A stretch of DNA of 64,000 bases, taken from NCBI GenBank assembly GCA_038064495.1, contig JBBTSZ010000002.1, positions 344,934-408,933 on the forward strand, in the 5' to 3' direction. Below are positions 49,825 to 58,692 of this stretch, piece by piece. The stretch comes from Patescibacteria group bacterium (GTDB lineage: Bacteria; Patescibacteriota; Minisyncoccia; Phycocordibacterales; Phycocordibacteraceae). A program made the translations under genes and the position numbers. Every line of letters begins with the position of its first letter. Position 1 is the first letter of the stretch. Below the pieces are notes generated by a model. The model searched no databases and was not told the origin of the DNA. It saw only the letters and a program-made list of their open reading frames with translations.

Positions 49825-52800
49825 ATGAAAAAATTTATAACGGTTCTACAGAAGACCACACGGCATGCCGGGATTGGTCTCGTTGTGCTTGGACTTATTG
49901 TGATGGCTGGTCCAGTAGCTGTGTTCGCTACTCAGTCTGATCAAGGTGGTGAACACCAGATTGAAATCTGCCACAATGGTCACACCCAAGAAATAGACGA
50001 AAGCGCATGGGAGAGTGAAGGTCACTCCAACCACGAAGGTGACTTCATTATTGATGAGACACATCCTGAATCATCGTGTGTAAAGGTTGACGACGACGAC
50101 GGAGATGATGGTGATAATAATGAGGATACCGGGACTCTTATCGTAAGAAAGGTTGTTGTTGGCTCTCAAGCAAGTCCTTCTGACTTCTCCTTTAAGATCG
50201 GTGACGGCCCTTCCACTCCTTTTGAGGCTGATGGTCAAAATGATTTCGAGAAGAACGAAGGTACGTACACGATTGAAGAAGTAGCTGCAGAGCACTACAC
50301 CACGACCTATTCTTCAAACGTTGAGGGTCATGGAGACGACTGTTCAAGTCTTCCAGTTGGCTCAAATGACAATGATGACGAGGAAGATGTACAGAAACTC
50401 GTAGAAGTGGAGGTGGATGACTCAGTCATTTGTACCATCACCAACACGTACCACGCTCCAGAGGAACCTGCTTCCTGTACGTTTGGTTCTGACACCACTA
50501 CGGTAGTTAGCGAAGCCCCTGCCGTTGCGAGCTTCGTGCATCCTGCGTGGACGCACGCTCTTGAGAGTTCAGGCATCATGTGGATTTGGAACGCTTTCCA
50601 CGCTACCCCAAGCGACAGTGTTGACGAAATAGTCACCTTCACTAAAACATTCAATGTGGTCGGCACGCCATCTTCCGTAAAGCTGGATCTTGCTGCTGAC
50701 AATTATTACAGTGTCTCAGTAAACGGCACGGCTAGCTGTAACGACACGGTTAATCTTGATAATTTCTCAAGTATTGAACCAACCTGCGATATTACCTCGC
50801 TTGTCCATACTGGTGTAAACACACTCACGTTCGTTGTCACCAATAAGTCTGGGTTTGGCACTGATCCTGAAACAAACCCGGGTGGACTTATCTACAAAGT
50901 GACCCTAGACGGTGCGTCTTGTTCGGAAGTACCTCCACCAGTCGATATAGAAAACTCATGTGTTCAACCTTCAACTGAAGGAGGACCTGAACATATCGCT
51001 ATTGGTGACGCCAACTTCTTCGGAGAGATTCCTGTTCAGCAAATACTCAACAACGCGGGTTACAGTTCTACGAACGCTGATACCGACCAGATGAATGCCC
51101 AAGCATGGACAGACACTGGCTCAACGGTCAGCTTTAGCGTCAAGGCACTATCCAAGAATGCTGCTGATGCGCATGTATTCGGATATGTCCTCAATGGAGC
51201 CTCGTTTGTTGGTGTCTTCCGAGACGCAAATACTGGGAATGTGACCTATGATGCTCTTCCACTCAGGAACTCGTCAGACGACGGAGTAGCGACCTTTGAT
51301 CTTCCAAACGTCACCTCAGTTTCATTTGCAATTCTTGATGTACAGAGCGGAAAAATCTACTCCACCAAGAAAGCAGACAACGATGACTCTATGAATCATG
51401 CGGTGGTTTACAACCCGCTTAGCAACATGTATGTCATAGGGTTTGAAGATGTCTCAGGTGGTGATGGTGATATGAACGATCTCGCGGTAGAAGTTACCGT
51501 TACCGGTTGTCGTGAAGCTTCAGATACTGCTACCATTCATGCACAGAAGGTAGTCTGTACAAATGAAACTGACCTACCAAATTGGGGAACTGGTGGACCA
51601 GATATTGCCTCAACAACTGCTCAGACATGGGTAAGTGCCCATGAAAGCTGTAGCCTCGTACCTTGGGACTTCCAGTGGGCACCAGCTGTTGCTACAAATC
51701 CTGGTGATAACGCGACGGGAACTCCTACCGGATGGAGTGCGTTTGTAAATGGAGTAACAAGCGTACCAGCTGGTGCACTTGTCTGGGTTCGTGAGCAAAT
51801 TAACACGAATTACATTTCATTTACCGGAGCTGAATCCGAGGACAATGTCTCAGCTGAATTCTATTGTTCAACAGATGTACTTAACTACGACAACTATGAT
51901 TTCATAGATCCGGTCGTAGCGGGTACTGACTACTATTGTGTGGGCTTCAATGCACCAAAGTCTCAGGAAGAAACAAATACCGCGAGCACGATTGTCGTAA
52001 AGTATCCAAATCTTGAAACTGAAACGAATCTTGCGCTTGCAGTAGCAAATAATTCCGGAAAGTGGTTCTACTACAACGACACCACGGACGTTATTGATAA
52101 CGCTCTTGGCTCATTCGTAACGGGACCTGCAGTAGCACCACTCGGAACAGGAAGTTCTGAAATGATTGATCCTGATGCAACTGGACGAATTGATATTGCC
52201 ACCTTTGGTTTTTCTGGAACCAAACTTGCGGATATTAAAACGCTTGCATTTAGCAGTTACTCGCACAGCGGTATCTCTGGACCAGATGAATCACCCTATC
52301 TTGTCTTTAATGTAAGCTTTGACGGCCTTGACACTTACCAACGCCGTCTTGTGTATGTGCCTGGAAATAATGGTGCAGTTCCGCAGGATGTATGGAACAC
52401 CAACGACACTATCCAGAGTGGTGCTGGCAAATGGGTATATTCGGGACCAACATGGCCTATTACCGGCGAACCTGGCACAACGACCAAGACATGGTCTCAA
52501 ATCCTTAGTGATTATCCAGCTGCAAAAGTCCTTCAGACAGGTGGGCTCATGGGTATTCGTGTGGGTGAACCAGGTCCTGCTGGATACACCGGAGACACGG
52601 ATAAGTTTGTGATTGGTATCAAGACCGGATCAAACATTGATACAAGAACGTATGACTTTGAACCGTCACCTGTCTGTAGCGACGGAAAAGACAACGATCA
52701 GGATGAGGCAATAGATGCAAGTGATCCCGGTTGTCATTCTGACGGAAACGCTGGAAATTCAGAATCATATCTCCCGAACGATGATTCGGAAGTGAACGAT

Positions 52801-53232
52801 CCGGGTCCAAGCGAAACTTCAAACATCACGGTACCAAAAAGCCATGGTAGCCCGAGCAGAGGTAGCAGGGTACTTGGTGCTACTACCGGGCAGGTACTCG
52901 GCGAAGCCTGTGGTTTGTATATGGACAAACACCTTCGCCTTGGTAGTGGCAAGAATGATGTAGAACAGACGAAGAAATTACAAATCTTCCTTAACAAATG
53001 GATGACTTCTAATCTTCCGGTTACTGGCTTCTACGGACCACTTTCAACGGCTGCGGTAAAAGCCTTCCAGAGCAAGTATTCGGACCAGATTCTTAAGCCA
53101 TGGGGCATTCAGTCTCCAACAGGAATCGTGTACTTCTCTACGCTTCGCGAGATTAACCTTCTTGAGTGTCCGGAACTTTCGCTTGAACTTCCTCCACTCA
53201 TAGACTGGTCTAAGAACCCGAAGCCACAATAA
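49825..53232 (+). CDS. Large secreted multidomain surface protein with C-terminal peptidoglycan-binding domain
   Basis: Signal/TM after MKKF; GTLIVRKVV Ig-like module; GFED...D.NDL (DUF4114-like); CSDGKDND..IDASDPGC; LQIFLN..TGFYGPLS.AAVKAFQ. Start codon uncertain. Confidence 0.8.
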   Translation: MKKFITVLQKTTRHAGIGLVVLGLIVMAGPVAVFATQSDQGGEHQIEICHNGHTQEIDESAWESEGHSNHEGDFIIDETHPESSCVKVDDDDGDDGDNNEDTGTLIVRKVVVGSQASPSDFSFKIGDGPSTPFEADGQNDFEKNEGTYTIEEVAAEHYTTTYSSNVEGHGDDCSSLPVGSNDNDDEEDVQKLVEVEVDDSVICTITNTYHAPEEPASCTFGSDTTTVVSEAPAVASFVHPAWTHALESSGIMWIWNAFHATPSDSVDEIVTFTKTFNVVGTPSSVKLDLAADNYYSVSVNGTASCNDTVNLDNFSSIEPTCDITSLVHTGVNTLTFVVTNKSGFGTDPETNPGGLIYKVTLDGASCSEVPPPVDIENSCVQPSTEGGPEHIAIGDANFFGEIPVQQILNNAGYSSTNADTDQMNAQAWTDTGSTVSFSVKALSKNAADAHVFGYVLNGASFVGVFRDANTGNVTYDALPLRNSSDDGVATFDLPNVTSVSFAILDVQSGKIYSTKKADNDDSMNHAVVYNPLSNMYVIGFEDVSGGDGDMNDLAVEVTVTGCREASDTATIHAQKVVCTNETDLPNWGTGGPDIASTTAQTWVSAHESCSLVPWDFQWAPAVATNPGDNATGTPTGWSAFVNGVTSVPAGALVWVREQINTNYISFTGAESEDNVSAEFYCSTDVLNYDNYDFIDPVVAGTDYYCVGFNAPKSQEETNTASTIVVKYPNLETETNLALAVANNSGKWFYYNDTTDVIDNALGSFVTGPAVAPLGTGSSEMIDPDATGRIDIATFGFSGTKLADIKTLAFSSYSHSGISGPDESPYLVFNVSFDGLDTYQRRLVYVPGNNGAVPQDVWNTNDTIQSGAGKWVYSGPTWPITGEPGTTTKTWSQILSDYPAAKVLQTGGLMGIRVGEPGPAGYTGDTDKFVIGIKTGSNIDTRTYDFEPSPVCSDGKDNDQDEAIDASDPGCHSDGNAGNSESYLPNDDSEVNDPGPSETSNITVPKSHGSPSRGSRVLGATTGQVLGEACGLYMDKHLRLGSGKNDVEQTKKLQIFLNKWMTSNLPVTGFYGPLSTAAVKAFQSKYSDQILKPWGIQSPTGIVYFSTLREINLLECPELSLELPPLIDWSKNPKPQ

Positions 53233-53249
53233 AGCTGAACCTGAGGGGA

Positions 53250-53279
53250 AACAAAACCGGCAGAAATGCCGGTTTTGTT
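53250..53279 (+). terminator. Intrinsic terminator
   Basis: aacaaaaccggca-GAAA-tgccggttttgtt. Confidence 0.85.
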
Positions 53280-53327
53280 ATACACAGCACGCTTGTCACT
53301 CATATACTCTTGTTGTATAGTAAAAAT

Positions 53328-54368
53328 ATGAAAGAACCGAAGCTTACCGAGCGTAAGCGCCTCCTTTTCCTTGCAGGAGAAATGGCAGCACTAGGTGCTA
53401 CCATTGTCATACTCCTCGTTTTTGTCGTTTCTTCACTCGATGCGCTTCTCATCAAAGACGGTCAGGGTGCTGCTGTCATTACGTCCGTGCTTGCTGACCT
53501 CGTAAACACCGACCGCTCCATCAATAAGATTGGTACGCTTACCGTAAATCCAACGCTTACCGCCATTGCTCAAGCAAAGGCGAACGATATGGCGGAGAAA
53601 GGCTACTTTGCCCACGTCTCACCTGAAGGAAACAACCCGTGGTACTGGTTTAAACAGGGAGGCTATCTCTTCACCTACGCCGGAGAGAACCTTGCCGTAG
53701 ACTTTTCTGACTCTGCTGACGTGGAGCAGGCGTGGATGAAGTCTCCAACGCACCGGGCGAACATTTTGAATGACAACTTTACCGAAGTAGGTATCGCAAC
53801 TGCGGTTGGCACCTACGAAGGTCACCAGACCATCTTCGTGGTGCAGGAGTTCGGTACCCCAGCCCACCTTCTTCCGGTTGCTCCTGAGACAACTGAGGTC
53901 ACCAAGCCTGCCTCAGCTACCGAGATAGCTATTGCAACCAGGAACCCAGACGCAGCCAAGCTCGCGATTGTGAAGGCTACACCTAGTCCGGCCACCACAA
54001 CTACAACAGCAAGCTCGAGCGCGGTAGCCACTACTGAAGCTGGCCCGAGCGAGGATGTTCTCGGTACCTCGGCCACCGGTATTGCCACAGCACCCACCAC
54101 AGTCGAACGTCTCGGCCTTGTTGACCTTTGGAACGTTTTTGCGGCCTCACCTCGCACCACACTTACGTACGCCTACTACCTCTTTGGCATTATTCTTCTC
54201 ATTGGCCTCGTCATTGAAACTGGTATTGAGATTAGACGCCATCACATGCGCCACGTAGCACTCGTACTGGCCCTTATTGTCCTCATGAGCGGTCTATACC
54301 TCTTTGCAAGTATGACTATCTTTACGGAGCCTGTTTTGGCCGAAGCAGGAGCCTCGCTTGGTCTCTAA
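53328..54368 (+). CDS. CAP/SCP domain membrane protein
   Basis: N..R, A..KA.DM...YFAH, AGENLA, WMKSPTHRANIL; C-terminal TMs; start moved to MKEP. Confidence 0.88.
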   Translation: MKEPKLTERKRLLFLAGEMAALGATIVILLVFVVSSLDALLIKDGQGAAVITSVLADLVNTDRSINKIGTLTVNPTLTAIAQAKANDMAEKGYFAHVSPEGNNPWYWFKQGGYLFTYAGENLAVDFSDSADVEQAWMKSPTHRANILNDNFTEVGIATAVGTYEGHQTIFVVQEFGTPAHLLPVAPETTEVTKPASATEIAIATRNPDAAKLAIVKATPSPATTTTTASSSAVATTEAGPSEDVLGTSATGIATAPTTVERLGLVDLWNVFAASPRTTLTYAYYLFGIILLIGLVIETGIEIRRHHMRHVALVLALIVLMSGLYLFASMTIFTEPVLAEAGASLGL

Positions 54369-54372
54369 TCCT

Positions 54373-54585
54373 ATGAGTCTTGTCCGACTTATCATCCTCG
54401 TTACCGTCCTGGTGCTCGCACTCTCCTTCTTCGGCATCTCCATACGAGGAATCGTAAGTTCACCCACCGGACACGACAATCTGACCTTCGTATGGGAGCT
54501 CATCCACACTGGATGGGGAATTATCGTCAGCCAGTACCACCATCTGGTAGACGTGATTCAGTCGGTTTTACCTGAGCAAAATTAG
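54373..54585 (+). CDS. Small membrane hypothetical protein
   Basis: 70 aa; L.LSFFGISIR.IV.SP....N..FVW. Confidence 0.65.
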   Translation: MSLVRLIILVTVLVLALSFFGISIRGIVSSPTGHDNLTFVWELIHTGWGIIVSQYHHLVDVIQSVLPEQN

Positions 54586-54731
54586 ATGGTGTGATAGAGA
54601 CCACACTCTGGCCTAAATGTCCAAAATAGTGCCTTATAAAGCCATATTTTGAAGGAAACGCCAGTGGAAAAGTGGGCTTGACGAGGCCAAAAAGGCACCC
54701 TGGAAGTTAGTGAGCCGACCCTCACCAGCTA

Positions 54732-54760
54732 TTGACACGGAGGGTCAATAGTGCTAATAT
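54732..54760 (+). promoter_or_regulatory. Sigma70 promoter
   Basis: TTGACA-17 nt-TAATAT with TG extension. Confidence 0.7.
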
Positions 54761-54791
54761 GGCTTTACGAAGCCGTGAGGCGACGTGTCAA

Positions 54792-55406
54792 ATGCAAGCT
54801 TTCATTCTTACCGCCTTAATGGGCGTTTTATTTTTACCGGGTAGCGGCGCGACGGTCCAATCGACCAGCGCCCTCGACGAACCTTCCCCTACGAAGGCGG
54901 CAATCGCCGCACCAGCAGGGAAGCTGGCCATCGAGAAGGAATCTTCTACCACCTATACGGTAAAGCTCACCGCTTATAACGCGGTCCCGGAACAGACTGA
55001 TTCTGATCCGTCGACCACCGCAAGCGGGCTTGCTTCTAATTCCGAAGTGATTGCAGCTCGTTCACACGACCTTGCTGACGCACTTCCATTTGGCACCGTC
55101 ATTGCTATTTATGGTCCAGGTACCGACACCCCGAGCTGTAACTACAATAAGGTCTCTCACCTTATTGGCTACCGTGTCATTGCCGACACTACCGCGTCCC
55201 GTTTCACCAAGCGTGTGGATGTGCAGTTTGATGCTGCCGACACCGTAATGGTCAACGGCCGCACTATCAACCCAGGACTCGCCCTTGGCGTATGCTCTGG
55301 CGTAACCGTAAAGGTAGTAGGGCACCTGCCACTCTCTCGTGTGCCAACCACCCAGGCTGGACTCGCAAAATTGTTTGCTCCAAAAGAACTCGCTCTCAAT
55401 AAATAA
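54792..55406 (+). CDS. Secreted 3D-domain (MltA-like) protein
   Basis: TAYNAVPEQTDSDP..TASG, LPFGT, ADT..RF..RVDV. Confidence 0.8.
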   Translation: MQAFILTALMGVLFLPGSGATVQSTSALDEPSPTKAAIAAPAGKLAIEKESSTTYTVKLTAYNAVPEQTDSDPSTTASGLASNSEVIAARSHDLADALPFGTVIAIYGPGTDTPSCNYNKVSHLIGYRVIADTTASRFTKRVDVQFDAADTVMVNGRTINPGLALGVCSGVTVKVVGHLPLSRVPTTQAGLAKLFAPKELALNK

Positions 55407-55505
55407 ACCTATCTGCCTAGGCAGGGAAGTCGGGTAGGTAAGTTTTCCTTTCGGTACGCGTCTCCATACGAGTACGAAGTAGCTTCCATTTGCTATACTC
55501 TATCT

Positions 55506-56747
55506 ATGCGCATCTCGTCACGAAATCTTCTCCTCCTAGCTCATGGTGCACTCATACTTGCCTTTGCAAGTATGCTTTTTGCTATTGCACCAAACACGGT
55601 GCACGCAGCAACGGTCGCCAAGCCAAAATTTGAAATCTCCGGCTGGATACCCTATTGGCGTACCGCAACGGGTACCGCAGACGTGCTTCCGCACCTCTCC
55701 CAACTCACTGAAGTCAACCCTTTTGGCTACACCGTGAAAACCGATGGCTCCCTGTATGACGCTGCAAAAATAGAACAGGGCGCGTGGGATTCTTTTATAA
55801 AACAAGCTCGTGCAAAAAAAGTCCGGGTGATTCCAACTGTGATGTGGAGTGATACTGACGCTATAGATGCGGTCTTGTCGGACAAGAAACTCCGCAGTGC
55901 TCACGTGGACGCTATCGTCACTATGGTGAATAGGAACAACTTTGATGGCGTTGATATTGATTACGAAGGGAAGCGCGCAAGCAATCGCGACGACTACTCC
56001 GCCTTCCTGAAGGAGCTCTACACTAAGATGGGTAAGAAGTGGGTCATGTGCACTATTGAGGCTCGTACGCCGCCAGACTCCCTCTACAACACCATTCCGG
56101 AGGACTTGGAGTACGCTAACGACTACAAGGCAATTAATAAGTACTGTGACCGTGTACGCCTGATGACCTATGATCAAGAGTCTGCCGACTTGAAGCTCAA
56201 CAAGGCCTCAAAAGGTCTCTACACACCTATTGCAGACCCAGCCTGGATAACAAAAGTCATCAACCTCACGACCAAGGACATTGCAAAGTCAAAAATCATG
56301 CTCGGTGTCGCCACCTACGGCTACATCTATCAGGTCATGCCGTATGAAGATGGAAGTGGTTATAACTACACCCTCCTTGAGGCGTTTAATCCAAAATATG
56401 CGACTGACCTCGCGAAATCTCTTTCCATAACACCTACACGAAACGGAGCAGGAGAGTTGTCTTTCAGTTATGTGCCAACCAGCCTTTCACAAAACGGCCT
56501 TCCAAGCCAAAGTGAGCTTTCAGCACGTGCGCCAGCGGGTACCCCAAGTGCGCTCCTTGCTGCCGTTGGTTCTATCCAAATCGCAAAGGCTCAGGCAAAA
56601 CAATCTCCGTTTTATCTCCTCTGGTGGAGTGATGGCAAAGCAATTGGCGACAAAGTAGCACTCGCAAAGAAACTTGGACTTCGCGGTGTTTCTGTTTTCA
56701 AAATGGATGGGGGAGCGGATCCCCTTATGTGGTCCGTATTGAAGTAA
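55506..56747 (+). CDS. Secreted glycoside hydrolase family 18
   Basis: FDGVDIDYE catalytic motif, MTYD, GVATYG. Confidence 0.88.
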   Translation: MRISSRNLLLLAHGALILAFASMLFAIAPNTVHAATVAKPKFEISGWIPYWRTATGTADVLPHLSQLTEVNPFGYTVKTDGSLYDAAKIEQGAWDSFIKQARAKKVRVIPTVMWSDTDAIDAVLSDKKLRSAHVDAIVTMVNRNNFDGVDIDYEGKRASNRDDYSAFLKELYTKMGKKWVMCTIEARTPPDSLYNTIPEDLEYANDYKAINKYCDRVRLMTYDQESADLKLNKASKGLYTPIADPAWITKVINLTTKDIAKSKIMLGVATYGYIYQVMPYEDGSGYNYTLLEAFNPKYATDLAKSLSITPTRNGAGELSFSYVPTSLSQNGLPSQSELSARAPAGTPSALLAAVGSIQIAKAQAKQSPFYLLWWSDGKAIGDKVALAKKLGLRGVSVFKMDGGADPLMWSVLK

Positions 56748-56827
56748 CAGGGAAGTCACTTCGCTTGCACGTACCTTCATGGGAGTCTAATTTTGATTAG
56801 TAGTTTGAATCTGTTATATACAAGGTA

Positions 56828-57688
56828 ATGAAACGGTGGATGAAAATAGCCGCACTCGCGGCACTAGCTCTCTTTGCACTCATTGGACTTGCCTTCACGG
56901 CGATTTTCATCGCCATGCAGTTTGGTCTCTTGAATGTGCGTGGGTCTATCCTTGAGCGTAATTCCTTCTTCACGAGTGATGCTGACGCCACCAAGCAGGC
57001 TACAGTGCCCGCGAGGCCCTGTGTAGAGGACGGTGACTCTGAGTGTGCCTGGAACAAGACCCCTGAGTGGGATGTGGTCGCTGGCGGTCTTACCAAAGAC
57101 GCTGTAATCATTAAGCGCGTCGCGAGCGAAACGAAGATTTCACCGCGTCTTATCGCTTCTGTGGTGGTTCCCGAGCAAATACGATTCTTTACCTCCGAGC
57201 GTGAGGTCTTCAAGCGGTACTTTGAACCCCTTAAAATCCTCGGGTCTCTTTCGCAGTTCTCGCTCGGCGTCTCCGGCATTAAGCAGGAGACAGCGGTGCA
57301 GATTGAACAATATGCAAGCGACCCATCCTCAGACTTTTATCCAGGTAAGGGTTACAGCGACCTCATTACGTATCCAGCCGGCGTAGACCACGACCAGACC
57401 CTTTTCAATAGACTCACCGACCCGAAGGACCACTACTATTCCTACCTCTACACCGCACTCTATCTGAAAGAAATTGAAAGCCAGTGGAAGAAAGCGGGCT
57501 TTGATATTTCAAGCAAGCCTGACATCGTCGGTACACTTTTCAATATTGGCTTCAAGGCATCCGTACCAAAGGCCGACCCGGTAGCCGCTGGTGCGGGAGT
57601 ACAGACCGGTGGACGCACCTATGCCTTCGGCACGCTTGGCGGAATGTTCTACAACTCGCTAGAACTGCGTACTGTTTTTCCTTTTTAA
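56828..57688 (+). CDS. Membrane-anchored hypothetical protein (possible lysozyme-like fold)
   Basis: N-terminal TM; IASVVVPEQ, SLGVSGIK, TLFNIG. Confidence 0.65.
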   Translation: MKRWMKIAALAALALFALIGLAFTAIFIAMQFGLLNVRGSILERNSFFTSDADATKQATVPARPCVEDGDSECAWNKTPEWDVVAGGLTKDAVIIKRVASETKISPRLIASVVVPEQIRFFTSEREVFKRYFEPLKILGSLSQFSLGVSGIKQETAVQIEQYASDPSSDFYPGKGYSDLITYPAGVDHDQTLFNRLTDPKDHYYSYLYTALYLKEIESQWKKAGFDISSKPDIVGTLFNIGFKASVPKADPVAAGAGVQTGGRTYAFGTLGGMFYNSLELRTVFPF

Positions 57689-57812
57689 GAGCTTACTATA
57701 AAAGTGCTCAGGTGCTAGGCGCCCGCGAGCGAGAAGTCGAGGTGTACTCCTAGTACAGTGAGACTTTGAGCGAAGTGAGCAACAACGCAGATGAGTACTT
57801 TTTAGTGAGCTC
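57689..57812 (+). repeat. Structured intergenic repeat, copy 5, flanked by TAA...TAA
   Basis: taa|gagcttactataaaagtgctca-GGTGCTAGGCG...CAACAACGCAGA-tgagtactttttagtgagctc|taa. Confidence 0.9.
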
Positions 57813-58060
57813 TAAGTGATCTGGATGGGGCTTTGTATGCCCGCCTCCGCTCCTGCCATATCAATCGTTCCAAACTTACTCTCATACTCTTTGAGCTTGT
57901 CATCCAAGCCCTTGGCGAACGCTTTAATAAGTTCTGGTGGCATACCAAATGCCGAGACACTCTGACCGCTCGTAATAGCGACCAAGAAATGATGCTGATT
58001 AAAATTTATGGATACGGAGTCTGCAAGTGCCTTTGGTAGTTGTGAGAAGTCGATGTTCAT
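57812..58060 (-). CDS. DUF3467-like small protein (82 aa)
   Basis: Start moved to MNIDFSQLPK (TATACT 9 nt upstream); P...K.F...L...LKEYESKFGTI pattern. Confidence 0.6.
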   Translation of the reverse strand: MNIDFSQLPKALADSVSINFNQHHFLVAITSGQSVSAFGMPPELIKAFAKGLDDKLKEYESKFGTIDMAGAEAGIQSPIQIT

Positions 58061-58397
58061 ATACCAAGTAGTATAGCTCAAACCTCGTCTTACCGGCTCC
58101 CCCGGCACTAGCGTGGCCCACTTACTATCTATCTCGCCCATCTCGGATGCCGAGATTGATAACAGGGAAGTGGCGGGGGAGTCATATTCCGTAACTCGGC
58201 CAGCCAATCCCCTACTGGCACTTCCCCGAGATAGAGAAAGCGGGGAAGTCTCTATTTAGTAAAATATCCTGTAAAAGCTAGGGAAGTAGGCGTCCGAGGC
58301 GTCCCTACAGAGACTCCATAAGGCTCTACAAGGGGAGTGGGGAGGCAGAGGTAGGGAAAGGCCAGTCCAGGGTCAGTATACGGCGTATGTATATATG

Positions 58398-58425
58398 TAT
58401 GCGTAAAAGGTATATTGTGCGCACA
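58398..58425. other. Candidate dif (Xer recombination) site
   Basis: 11-6-11 imperfect IR tatgcgtaaaa-ggtata-ttgtgcgcaca; right arm read on the minus strand matches the E. coli XerC arm at 9/11; centre of a gene-free region. Confidence 0.5.
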
Positions 58426-58613
58426 TCAGCTTAGTAAGCCCTGAAGTCCTTATTCCTATGAAACTTTGCCCTACCCCTACCCTCTCTATGCACTCACATT
58501 TCCTCCGCCACCGGTCGGTCACTAACCCATCAAAGTGTCTTAAAAAAATAACTGCAGGGCACTTCCCCGAGGATATAAAAAAGAGACGCGGGGGACCGGG
58601 GGAGACCTGAGTG

Positions 58614-58638
58614 GAAGGATGCCTTTAAGGCATCCTTC
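58614..58638. repeat. Perfect inverted repeat
   Basis: gaaggatgcctt-t-aaggcatccttc. Confidence 0.7.
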
Positions 58639-58692
58639 TCTAACTCCCCTGCCCTACACAGATAGGGCTACCAAGTACGTTTGCTTCCCCAC

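Noticed and set aside
55413-55424. 12-bp palindrome ctgcctaggcag after the 3D-domain gene
   Set aside because: Single short occurrence; cannot be supported as a repeat family from this window.
58061-58692. RNase P RNA, tmRNA or intron in the long non-coding region
   Set aside because: I found no GAGGAAAGUCC, tRNA-like ends or recognisable intron core on either strand.
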